Source: Octopus bimaculoides (taxonomy: Eukaryota). From it: 49,330 nt of DNA. The notes beneath the pieces were generated by a model. The model was not told the origin of the DNA, did no database searches, and saw nothing but the letters and a program-made list of their open reading frames with translations. The position numbers were made by a program, and so were the translations under genes. Where the stretch lies: positions 6,719,150-6,768,479 of the forward strand of contig NC_068990.1 in assembly GCF_001194135.2 (NCBI RefSeq), given 5' to 3'. The number at the start of each line of letters is the position of its first letter. Positions within the stretch are counted from its first letter, which is position 1. Shown piece by piece: positions 37,461 to 49,285 of this stretch.

Positions 37461-38809
37461 ATTTCGCGCATGCGCATTGTTTGTTTTTGATTTTATTGAC
37501 TACACAAAATAGTAGAGGTAGTTGGGCACCGTCTGTGAGAAAAACAGCACCATGACGCAATTTACTCTGCTNNNNNNNNNNNNNNNNNNNNNNNNNNNNN
37601 NNNNNNNNNNNNNNNNNNNNNNNNNNNNNNNNNNNNNNNNNNNNNNNNNNNNNNNNNNNNNNTAGTTGGGCACCGTCTGTGAGAAAAACAGCACCATGAC
37701 GCAATTTACTCTGCTAGAAACTTGGAAACGACATGCTATACTGCTTGGCGTTTGCGCCGGCAGATCCAAATATTTCGGAGTGTTTTTATGTCAATCTGAG
37801 GAGAGTGCAGAGGATTCGGAAAGAGTTGCATGAGTCTAATGGTGATTATGAAGGTATGGCAGCTCGAAAAACTCACTTTGATCGCTCTAATAAGAAAAGA
37901 ACTCCTAAATGTGTTGGTGGGATCCAGGCCATGATTGACAACGATCCATCCAAATCAATCAGATCTATCGACAGGGACATGGGAGTGTCCGGACATTCGG
38001 TATTCCTCATACAAGATGAGAAAGAGCCAATTGTATCCCAAGCCATCAATGAGAAGAGGAAAGACCGCGATACGAAGCTTGCGAACAAACTGAAGGATCC
38101 TCTCCAACTGAATTTGGTTTTCCTCAGACGAGAAAAAATTCTGCCAGGATCAAATGGTGAACACACAGAACCGTGTTCCCAAAACATGTGCCGAGAGTGA
38201 TAAAAATCAAACATCCATTTAACATCATGGTGTTTGGAGTGATCACTAGTATTGGCGAAGTTATGCCTCCATTCATCTTCCCACACTGCCTCAGACTCAA
38301 CACAGTGGCCTACATCAAGTGTCTGGAGGAGGTAGTGCTGCTCCGGGCCAAGAGGGTGGCTGCTGGAAGACCCTGTGTCTGGCAACAGGACTCTGCACCA
38401 GGCCACAAAATCAGGAGAACCCAATCACGGCTGTCAGACAATGTCTGCGACCACATCACCCCTAGTGCTTGACCACTTAACGCTCCACACTGCAACCTCT
38501 TGGTAATTATGTGTGGAGCGCAGTGAACGTGTGACCAACAGAACTCCTTGTAAAAACCAAAGAGGAACTGAAGGCAAGGATTATGGCAGCATTCACCAAC
38601 TTAAACAAAGCGACATCCAAAAGAGCTGAAAAATATTCCGAAGTCGTCTGGAGGCCGTGGTTGAAGCCAATGGCAATTTTATTGAATATATTTATTCTTT
38701 AGTATTTCAAAATATTTTAATGTAATTTTGGTAAATACCTGTTGAAATGAGATGTCAGTGTTATTTTATTTTCTTGTAATTTAGTCGACAATTTATTTAC
38801 CACGCCCTG
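37461..38809 (+). mobile_element. Second copy of the same DD37D (maT-type) transposon, degraded, 5' TIR missing
   Basis: Colinear with 28181-29453 in opposite orientation. ATG at 37696, motifs MVFGVITS, WQQDSAP, RLEAVVEANGNFIE. Ends ...TTTATTTACCACGCCCTG followed by TA. Has a ~30-bp internal deletion near 37990 relative to the first copy. Confidence 0.9.
37519..37715. other. Probable assembly artefact: 53-bp overlap duplicated across a 91-N gap
   Basis: 37519-37571 is identical to 37663-37715. The paralogous transposon copy (29320-29360) has this sequence only once. Confidence 0.85.
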
Positions 38810-41439
38810 TATAAGTATATATGTATATATAAGTGGGTTAAAATCCAAACTATGGCCTCACGAAAAACATCTGCATGTTCACATTAATCAAATATATATA
38901 TAAATGTTTATTTCAGATGAGATTATACATGACAAATGAAATTTGTTGCATCTTCTATTTACAGAATAATTACCTATTAAAACAGAAGACTGGAGAAATG
39001 TGGTACATATTTAATTTCATATTGCACATATTTCATTAGAATAAAAGTATATAGTCTCCTATCCGTAAATCTTCAAAGATAGGAATATTATGGAAATTTA
39101 TAGTATTATGCATGAGCATACTGAGAGATAGAGGCAAAAAGTTAGACAAAATTAATAATATTAGTATTAATAATATTATCACAGGATTTTCTTTAAAGTA
39201 CACTTATACATACCCACACGCACATATATACGCATATATACATATATATATATATATGTCAATTCCTGAAGTAAAATTCATGAAGTAAAATTGTGTAGCA
39301 ACACCAAATGACGGTGCCCCAGCATGGCCACAGCTCATGAGCTGAAACTAGATAAAATGAATATATATATATATATATATANNNNNNNNNNNNNNNNNNN
39401 NNNNNNNNNNNNNNNNNNNNNNNNNNNNNNNNNNNNNNNNNNNNNNNNNNNNNNNNNNNNNNNNNNNNNNNNNNNNNNNNNNNNNNNNNNNNNNNNNNNN
39501 NNNNNNNNNNNNNNNNNNNNNNNNNNNNNNNNNNNNNNNNNNNNNNNNNNNNNNNNNNNNNNNNNNNNNNNNNNNNNNNNNNNNNNNNNNNNNNNNNNNN
39601 NNNNNNNNNNNNNNNNNNNNNNNNNNNNNNNNNNNNNNNNNNNNNNNNNNNNNNNNNNNNNNNNNNNNNNNNNNNNNNNNNNNNNNNNNNNNNNNNNNNN
39701 NNNNNNNNNNNNNNNNNNNNNNNNNNNNNNNNNNNNNNNNNNNNNNNNNNNNNNNNNNNNNNNNNNNNNNNNNNNNNNNNNNNNNNNNNNNNNNNNNNNN
39801 NNNNNNNNNNNNNNNNNNNNNNNNNNNNNNNNNNNNNNNNNNNNNNNNNNNNNNNNNNNNNNNNNNNNNNNNNNNNNNNNNNNNNNNNNNNNNNNNNNNN
39901 NNNNNNNNNNNNNNNNNNNNNNNNNNNNNNNNNNNNNNNNNNNNNNNNNNNNNNNNNNNNNNNNNNNNNNNNNNNNNNNNNNNTGTACTTCTGTGTGTGT
40001 GTGTATGTGTGTGTGTGTGTGAGTGTGTGTGTGTGTGTGTGAGTGTGTGTGTGTGTATGAGTGTGTGTGTGATTGTGTGTGTGTAAGTGTATTTTAAGGA
40101 AAATTCTGTGATAATATAGAGGAGTTATGATATATATGATTAACTGAAACGAGAAAAGTAAAGTAGAAGTTTAAAAATACTGCAGCTGATGTTGATAATG
40201 AGAATTTAGCATACATTTTGGATGGGATCCGATGACAAAGAAGTAAGGAGACAATTAACGGCAAAACGAAGGTGCCTTTGTGTATCAAGATCGTGATGTT
40301 TAATCTTGTTTCCTGTTCCATAGAACCCTTTCATGTGCATGTCTCACTGAGATTTTTTTACCCAATGATTTAATCCGAGAGAGGTGAATAAAATTTTGCG
40401 CAGTTTGGGGAAAAGATGGGCGTTTCTGGGTATCTAAAACTAGACGTTTCGGGTTTCAAGTGCCTCATGAGCATTGCTTTAGTGGCAGAAGTTCAATTAC
40501 AGATGGTAAAAAACATGTGTATTGAAACGTCGGCCACTTTTCCAACATATACCTACGCTTTAAGCTCCTCCCATCATCCACCATATTTTATTTCGTAGGG
40601 AATATATGCCGAAAGTTCGATATCAATCTAAAGGCGCATATTTGTAAGTTTAAATAAGACTGGAATCAACGCACTTTTTTCTAATATCAGCTGGAATAGT
40701 TTTAAGCTTCTACTTCTGCCGTAGTTTTCTAGACCTATTTTATTAAGACCATTATCACGCTTGCGCTACGTTTCTCCTGCTAGTCCACTCATTTTACTGG
40801 CACCTTTTCATTCTATGAAAAACACCATTATAATGTATCCTGTATGTGACTAGAATTATAAATGATGACTAAGACATTACATGTGGTAGGAAATGTATTT
40901 TGTTTGAGAGTAAGAACCAGATGCATGTCTGTAAGAATCGGTGAAGGCTTATCTACTGAGTAAAAAAAAAATGAATCTTTAATTTAAAAAAAAATCACAT
41001 CAAATTATTGATTTTTATGTAGAATACAACCATGCTTTAATATTGGTTTTTAGAGACAAATTGAAACATTTAAAGCATATGCAAATTCTCTTCCACCTAT
41101 TCGTTAAGATAGTGGCTTAAATTTATCAAAACATTTGCTGTAGATTAGTTGGGAGAAGAAGTAACTGAGCTGATGCATTCATTATTTCGGTGAGAAAGTC
41201 GTCGTTATTCCGAAGGCCAGGGAAAGGGTCACTTAAAAAATGCGAATTTTCGGGAATAAATAATTTTCGGAGCTTTGACTGTTATGTCTAACATGTCAAA
41301 AGATCATATTGAAGAAGCTTTCTTCCTTTTGTTTGCTGACTCCACAATTATCCATACATGCAAAAATAAGGTGGTAGTGGGGAATTCCCCAAAAAATCTG
41401 GAAAAAAAATTTCTGGTGGTATTTATTTAAAATGATTAA

Positions 41440-41507
<68 letters not shown>

Positions 41508-41875
41508 AGAGTTACGGAATGGAATAGGTAAAATCCGGGCTACATATATTTCATAGCGAGCGGAACCTCAGAAATGGTAATAAGATTCAATCTCACTGAA
41601 TATTCCATGCGTTAACATATACTTTCTTGCAGCAATATAAACTTTCATCTAATCAAAATATCCTTGGCCTGAAGAGTAGCCTGCGGTATACACCTCGCCC
41701 GTATCCTTATACGCCCACCCAACAAGCCTGGTCGCCTACCGTGAAATATAAAGTGAACTTTTTGCAACGTATCGTACTTCGATACGAAAAAACCACAACC
41801 GTCCGTCTCAATAAGCTATTATTGTCTCTGAAAGTTGTTTTCTTTTATATTTACTACTCAAACGTTTTCTCACGC

Positions 41876-41925
41876 GGTCTCTGATGAAAGGATATCCATA
41901 ATATCCCAGAAACTGCTGTAAGACT
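41876..41925 (+). ncRNA. Minimal type-I hammerhead ribozyme-like motif in a Penelope pLTR-like repeat
   Basis: GGUCU / CUGAUGA / AA / GGAUAU-CCAUA-AUAUCC / CA / GAAAC-UGCU-GUA / AGACU. Stem I 5 bp, intact CUGAUGA and GAAA, stem II 6 bp, near-palindromic stem III, GUA cleavage triplet. Extra nucleotides flank stem II. Confidence 0.6.
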
Positions 41926-42190
41926 ATGTTTCATTATAAATGTCTGAAAACTTCTCGCAGCCCTGGGTTTGTTATCTCATTCTGTATATTACATACACAG
42001 ATGTACATATATGTATGTTTATGCGTTTGTACTTGTACATCGTACAATTTACATAGATACATGCATACATTCGTACATACATATACACAAGCACATACAT
42101 ACACAAACACAGATATATATGTGTGTATATATATCTTCAATCTTTTATCCGTTTCAGCCCTACAGCTGTAGTCATGATGCTGGAACACCG

Positions 42191-42272
<82 letters not shown>

Positions 42273-42714
42273 TAAGTACAGAGAGATCTAAATAGGCTTT
42301 GTCTTATTAGCTATCACCTGTATGAATCGTGTGAAAGGTGAAATTGTAATTTTCCAAAGTGGAAGATCATACAATTGTAAAATTATATTTGCTCACTACA
42401 GTAAATAAATGGTTATTTAGAAAATATTTCGGAAACATACAGTCGACATGTTTTCAGCATATTAAATAATCTACCGCTCAGCTAACAAACAAACACATGA
42501 ACATAGGAATAGATTTTGTTATAGGAATTTATGAATTAAAGATCAAACATAGTGAAGAAGAACACATTTTCATCACCCGTGGATAACTGGTGTTGTTTAT
42601 GGAGTTAAAATGCAATTTCAAAGTTTTCAAGCACGACACGGACGTCTCAAATGGCGTACAATAAAATACGCAATTCTATTGTTCCCTGTCTTTAATGCGA
42701 TATATATAGGACCA

Positions 42715-42785
<71 letters not shown>

Positions 42786-42874
42786 AGTTAGATAGATAGA
42801 TAGATGCATACTTATATGTAGATCATGTATTTACGTCTGTATATATGTATGTATGAATATATATATATATATAT

Positions 42875-43035
42875 ATGTTTGAAAAACAAAAGACGAAGAC
42901 AGGTGTATGAACAACAAGCCGGTGTATTAGTTTGACGCTCGGGAAAGTGAGAGGGTCTGTTACGTTTCGAGCCTACGCTCTTCAACAGAAAGGAAGAAGA
43001 GAAAATAAACAGAGAGAGAATAAAAAACTTGTGGA
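42875..43035 (-). mobile_element. Short interspersed repeat with degenerate hammerhead motif (Penelope pLTR-like), copy 2
   Basis: Minus strand reads CCUUU-CUGUUGAA-GAGC-GUAG-GCUC-GAAAC-GUA-ACAGA (42956-42993). It shares CCCGAGCGTCA..CTAATA..ACACC.GTC.TCGTC with 15195-15354. Confidence 0.6.
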
Positions 43036-44210
43036 TTTAGCGGTTGGGCGAAGTTCTGTGTGTATCGGACTTGCCCTTTTCCTCTTCCTTCTCCTTCTTT
43101 TCCTTTCCTAGTCTTCCTCTTTTTCTGGAGCCATTTCTTCTTCCTCTTGTCCTTCCCGGGGCTTCTCTTGTGTCTTCTCCTTACTGTCTTCTTCTTGAAT
43201 TTCCTCCACTCTTTTATCTGGTGGAGGGCATTTCGCTCTTATGTGGCCCTTCTGACCACATTTAAAACAGCGTGGTATTCTGCCCTTACATTCATTATGG
43301 TTTCGTTTGCAATCACCATTTCCACCCTTTCTTCTATTGCCTCATTTGAGCCTTGAACTATCTTGTTCAAAACGTGGCCTTTCCAATTCACGCTTTTCGT
43401 TTTAGTGGCCTGGAGCACCACCATTTTGCCTTCGGTTTCAGCCAAGACTGCAGCCGCTATCCAGGCCACATCTATCTCTGCTGGAATTCCTTCTACCCAT
43501 ACCCGAGACGTTCTCTGTCCCAGGTACGTGGGTAGAAGTACTGACTCTTCGCCCCTTAGTGGTGTTGCTGCGTATTTTTTCGCCGTGTTTTCATTTATGA
43601 ACCTGACTTCAACTTCTCCAAATTTCGACCCTCTGGCAAAATATGTTATTTCTTGCCAGATTGGCCTCAACGCCTTCTCTACTTGCTCTGTTGTCATGTG
43701 GTCAATTTTTCCTTTCTTAATCGAGTAGGTCTTGTACATTATCGTTCTTTGTTTCATTATTTTTGTCGTTTCATGCGGGGTGGGGTCACGTGCACGTTGT
43801 AACAGTCTCGACTTAATAGTTTCTTGAATTTATCTATTTCGATCACCACATTGTCATTCGATTCTCGGGCGACGTCTGCGAACTTCCTCTTTTCCAATTC
43901 CTTGTCCATAACCTCAATAGTCCTTAACAGTTCTTCTTCGGATGTTGATAACTCTTACCCGCTAAGTTCTGAGTAAAGTAAGTCCCTTTTGCCAGCCATC
44001 ACTAACTCTCAATGAGAGAAAGCACAACCGAACGGCTGCAAAGCAGCACACAACAATTAAAACTTCATCAAAGCAACTTAACAGGCAAACAAAACAGTCA
44101 ATTCGAAAAAGCACTCTCCAAAATAACTCTGTGACAGACACACGACTCTCTGTATTGGTTGACGTCGTCTCGCTTCATAGTGGCTGGCACATACCATTTA
44201 TCCCGTGAGA
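43036..44210 (-). pseudogene. Gag/ORF1-like retroelement fragment with CCHC zinc knuckle (L1/Tx1-type ORF1 by inference)
   Basis: ATG at 43999, disrupted reading frame including the 172-aa ORF 43239-43757. In the shifted frame GRIPRCFKCGQKGHIRAKCP gives an exact CX2CX4HX4C at 43228-43269, followed by an acidic/charged tail. No RT follows. Confidence 0.75.
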
Positions 44211-44350
44211 GGGGTGTACCATTTCTACTACAACAATATTATTTTCAAGTCTTTCGACAACCATTGTGCGACCGATTTCAAGATTTAATTTGTTGCTTTG
44301 GTTACCTGAGATTTGGTTGCCACTACCACGAGTAGTGTGGAATAATATAC

Positions 44351-44710
44351 TTTTCTGGCTGACACCAGATGTAGATGTGACATTTTATGGAAAACCGTAC
44401 TGTTAAATAATATAACTTCTCACTTCATAAATTATGCTTAAAATATTCTCTGTATTGCTATAAATAACAGTACTTCTTATATATCTTCAATATGAACAGT
44501 ATAAGATATTTATATACGCTTCTTCCAATATTTTCTGGCTGACGCCAGACGGATGAGATATTTTGTGGTAAACTGTACTATTTAATAATAAAACAGCTCA
44601 CTGCATAAATTACGCGTAAATATTCTCTGTATTACTATGAATATCAATACCTCTCTTATATCTTCAATATGAACGGCATAAGATATTCATATACGTTTCT
44701 TGCGATATTT
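44351..44710. repeat. Diverged tandem duplication, 2 x ~180 bp
   Basis: TTTTCTGGCTGAC at 44351 and 44531. AATATTCTCTGTATT, TATCTTCAATATGAAC and ATAAGATATT recur at the same offset in both units. Confidence 0.9.
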
Positions 44711-46121
44711 AAATAAGTTAACGATAGGTTTATGATTCTGTGTGTAAGTAGGTCATTGTTGAACAGCATTTCCCCATATATACTTCTCATGAAATCGGAT
44801 GATTTCTCAACGTTTCTGTTCAGGTAATTAAACGGTGTTTACTTTATTCAATTAAAGAGTTCTCTTAGTTGAGAGAGAATGTCTATGGTAGATTGTTGTA
44901 TATTCAACTCTTCTTTCTTGACAACCTAGTTATTCTTTTTTAACTTTCTTATAAGGATGTAGCCTGGTAAAGCAAAATGACATGCATCTATTGAATCTGC
45001 AAACAATATATAAACATTCGATACTCTTTGAAGGTCTGTCTTTGTTCTTAATAAAGCTGACTTTTTCTCACAGATGAAAGACGTTTCGCTATTGTTAGGC
45101 TGGGCTGATTCATAACTGACAAAAGAGTTTGTATTTATAAGTAATCATTATTCAGGAACATATTTTGATGTTCGATGGCTCTATAAAATACCTACCATAT
45201 ATTCCCAGTATCAGCTTTAGTTCAACAGCATTCAACTTGATCTCAATCTCTGGAGGGTTAAAAACTTTCATCAACCACATAGAAGATTTTTCTGTACCCA
45301 TGAATCTTACTATCCCCAAGAATCTCACTTTAAACTAACTAGACGCAAATAGTTTCACTTAACTTGTGTCTTTAACGGAAGTTAAATTCTAAAACATTGT
45401 ATGTTTCAGTTAATTTAAATTTTTGAAGTTAAACCTAATGTTTACACAGTTACTTCATTTTAGAAAGAAAGCATATCAAGCTATTTGAAACTGGATTTCA
45501 GATTATGTAACATAAATTAAAGATTTTTTCAGTAAGACAAGGAACTGCAATGTCCATCAGTAAGTTTACGTATAATTTTATTAATTTGATATAATTGCAA
45601 TTCAGATGAACGAATGGTTTATGTTAAAAGGAGTTGACAAGAAAGGTTAACTAGAGTTATATACAGGTAAGCAGAGTAGGGCAGTAAATTGTTCTATACG
45701 GGTAGATTAAGGGAACAGGTATAGTAGAAGTAGCCGAATACTGCTATAAAATGTTGGAAGGGAAGCCAACTGTAGGAGCAGCATATGCGTTATGCTCCGA
45801 AAACATGTCAGTTAGAGTCTAGCTGTCGAAAGATTGTATTCCGTAGAATATATCTGGTCATGTATACATGTTCTACACATAATTTGTGCATGGTTACTGA
45901 GCCCTTAAGATATCAGCGCTTAATCTAGATTTTAAAGGCAATCTTATTCAATATATGGATTCATTGAGAGATCCTTAAAGACTTTCGAAGTGTAATGCAT
46001 ATTTTATATTTTTATTATCTCTGTGAAAATTTTGATTACATCGTTAATCAAAGGGCCTACTTTTGTCGCATTTTATCAAACTCGTACAGTCCTTCTGCCT
46101 CTGTCTCTCTCTCTCTGTCTG

Positions 46122-46172
<51 letters not shown>

Positions 46173-46810
46173 NNNNNNNNNNNNNNNNNNNNNNNNNNNN
46201 NNNNNNNNNNNNNNNNNNNNNNNNNNNNNNNNNNNNNNNNNNNNNNNNNNNNNNNNNNNNNNNNNNNNNNNNNNNNNNNNNNNNNNNNNNNNNNNNNNNN
46301 NNNNNNNNNNNNNNNNNNNNNNNNNNNNNNNNNNNNNNNNNNNNNNNNNNNNNNNNNNNNNNNNNNNNNNNNNNNNNNNNNNNNNNNNNNNNNNNNNNNN
46401 NNNNNNNNNNNNNNNNNNNNNNNNNNNNNNNNNNNNNNNNNNNNNNNNNNNNNNNNNNNNNNNNNNNNNNNNNNNNNNNNNNNNNNNNNNNNNNNNNNNN
46501 NNNNNNNNNNNNNNNNNNNNNNNNNNNNNNNNNNNNNNNNNNNNNNNNNNNNNNNNNNNNNNNNNNNNNNNNNNNNNNNNNNNNNNNNNNNNNNNNNNNN
46601 NNNNNNNNNNNNNNNNNNNNNNNNNNNNNNNNNNNNNNNNNNNNNNNNNNNNNNNNNNNNNNNNNNNNNNNNNNNNNNNNNNNNNNNNNNNNNNNNNNNN
46701 NNNNNNNNNNNNNNNNNNNNNNNNNNNNNNNNNNNNNNNNNNNNNNNNNNNNNNNNNNNNNNNNNNNNNNNNNNNNNNNNNNNNNNNNNNNNNNNNNNNN
46801 NNNNNNNNNN

Positions 46811-46857
<47 letters not shown>

Positions 46858-46958
46858 TTAAAGAAAGGAAAAATATATCTAAAACTGTCCAACGACAATT
46901 TTAATTCAAAAGTGATTGTTCTAAACTTTCTCTTGAAAATCACATTTGAGAGTATTTT

Positions 46959-47063
46959 GGGACAAATTGGCCAGCGACGAATTGGCCTAGGGATGAATTG
47001 ATCAACGACGTATTGACCAGGGACAAATTAGCCGACGATGAAATAACTGGGGGCAAATTGTCC
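46959..47063. repeat. Degenerate ~15-bp periodic repeat, 7 units (consensus ~ GGGACRAATTGGCCA)
   Basis: Units start at 46959, 46974, 46990, 47005, 47020, 47035 and 47050. Confidence 0.8.
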
Positions 47064-48085
47064 TAGCAAACATTCGTAGTACATATATGTGTGTAAGATT
47101 GTATAAGTGTGAGTGTATGTGTGTGTGTATTTGTGTGTATGCATGCGTGCGTCGTGCGTGTGTTTATTTCGTAAGTAGTTTTATATCATTACTTGTTACC
47201 GAATTAAAATAGGACATCAAAGGTTATTATTTTGATAAATTATACAAATAAAATAAGACTTAAGTTTTAAATGTAAAAGTCAACACATCGAATATCCTCC
47301 CCTACTTTCAGATTTAAAGAATTGTGTTGCAGTTTGGCTTTTGTCAATATAACAAGTCAATCGTAACAATTTCAAAATATATAAATACTGTTAGTGATTT
47401 CTAGAACCGAACATACACAATGTATTCTATTTCATATATTACGTATGATAGTTACTCATGCTACATCGTCTATACATTTGAATTTTTCATACCCTTATAA
47501 CATGTATATTTCACAATCTTTTGGCGGCCACTGGTGTTTTTATCAAATGTGCATTTGGTAAGAGTATACAGTGTACAGCTTAATTTTCGTGAGAAAAACA
47601 TATATACCAATGGAAAATTAGTTCGCAAAAAGCCGAAATCGAGCGGGCTTAACTGATGTGCCAACGGAAAATGCCGAAGCTGACGTCAGTATTTAGAATT
47701 CTCAATCTGTATTTTTCGGACGATTCGGGTCCCTGTTAGTGTATATGCTTTCAATTCATGTGCCTTAACTACAGCATTAGAGCATTTTAGGTTATATTTC
47801 TCGCAAGGTAGGTGTTTCTTAACACCCTAGTTACATTTAGTGTGTGTGTGTGTGTGTGTGCGTGCGTGCGCGTGTGTCTTATACGTGTGTATGTCTGCAC
47901 GCATGCAGAAATTCAGCTATAACTTTGCTTAACGACACGTTCATATATTTTAGCTTATTGGTCTCTTTAAACGACAGGTGTTCACCTGTTTAGGTGAATA
48001 TCGAAACCAATCTGTAACCTTTCGAGTGTGTATTGTTTTTAATGAGAGCAAACGATTATTGAATCTTCATATTCTTTCATTTCAG

Positions 48086-48205
48086 ATGACACAAACGATT
48101 CCTGCAACACAATGTGGGACACACTCTCATGCTGGCCGAAGACTGCTGCTGGAAAAGAATCTTATATACCCTGCCCTCATAAGCATCAAGGGATTGACTT
48201 CACAA
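48086..48205 (+). CDS. Internal coding exon of a class B1 (secretin-family) GPCR, N-terminal hormone-binding (HRM) domain; PDF-receptor-like
   Basis: Acceptor ATTCTTTCATTTCAG|, donor ACAA|GTACGT, 120 nt, phase 1-1. Translation (x)DTNDSCNTMWDTLSCWPKTAAGKESYIPCPHKHQGIDFT has the C-x3-WD-x3-CWP-x-T-x-AG-x6-CP-x4-G class B signature. From memory, WDTL.CWP.T.AG plus G[IV]D is closest to PDF receptors, and the equivalent exon of human CRHR1 is also 120 nt. Subfamily needs a phylogeny. Confidence 0.92.
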
Positions 48206-48399
48206 GTACGTATTGAAGTATTTGGAATGTCTTTCGAATTGTTGTGATGAAAAATAAATGTCATTTGGGGTCTTACATCATGCATATGAATATCTTTGAT
48301 GATTTTATTAACTCTAACACTCCAGGCATTTCATTGGCTGAAAAGTCGGAATCGATAAAGTGCTTGATGCCCTCTGATGTATTTATCTGCAGTTAGTGT

Positions 48400-48516
48400 T
48401 TGTATGTACATGCATACATACATACCTACATACATATATACACACATACATACATGCATACACATACCTTTACAATCATACATACATACATACATACATA
48501 CATACATACATACACT

Positions 48517-48580
<64 letters not shown>

Positions 48581-48600
48581 CATACATACATACATGCATG
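48400..48600. repeat. (CATA)n microsatellite
   Basis: Direct inspection. Confidence 0.97.
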
Positions 48601-48778
48601 TGCTCTGAACACCAATGTGGTTCGAAAAATACAAAAGAAAGAGGACATGTTTGGAAAATAAATAAGAATTTTGCAATACGGCCTGTATATTGTGATGAAC
48701 TACATCTACCAACATTATGGTGGATCTCCGATTATGTGTGTGTATGTGTGTGTGTGTGTGGGGGTGTGGGGGTGTGTT

Positions 48779-48826
<48 letters not shown>

Positions 48827-49175
48827 CAAGGATACAAATTAGTACCAGTATTTAATAGAAATAAGAGTGAAAAACGACTCGAAATGTCACACAATGCACT
48901 ACCCTCATGAATTGACGAAAAGCGAAAAGCGAGGGAGCAAGCAGAAGCACCTTTCTTGGTGAGATAAACTCACATAATAAAGTAAACAGATATATCTTTA
49001 TCACGTAATTTCGAACTCTGATCATTATAATCTTACTTCTCAGCAGAGGACTCGCTAATACGCCGGGTTAAAAGGGTAGCTCACCTCGTAAAACTCATGA
49101 GAAAAAACCGTTGAAAACTATCGCTAATTCAAAACAGTCGAAGTGTATAGTATAAATACAATGAATATCATAATA

Positions 49176-49202
49176 TCTATATATATATAAAATAAGAATG
49201 TG

Positions 49203-49285
<83 letters not shown>

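Noticed and set aside
40440-40475. Minus-strand CUCAUGA-GG...CC-CGAAACGUC hammerhead-like motif
   Set aside because: G5 is mutated, stem II is only 2 bp and stem I does not pair.
45074-45145. Acceptor TTTTTCTCACAG| as the missing GPCR exon
   Set aside because: The phase-1 frame reaches TGA after 10 codons and contains no Cys.
46100-46851. (CT)n-gap-(GA)n as a biological hairpin
   Set aside because: The interior is all N; it may reflect contig joining at complementary microsatellites.
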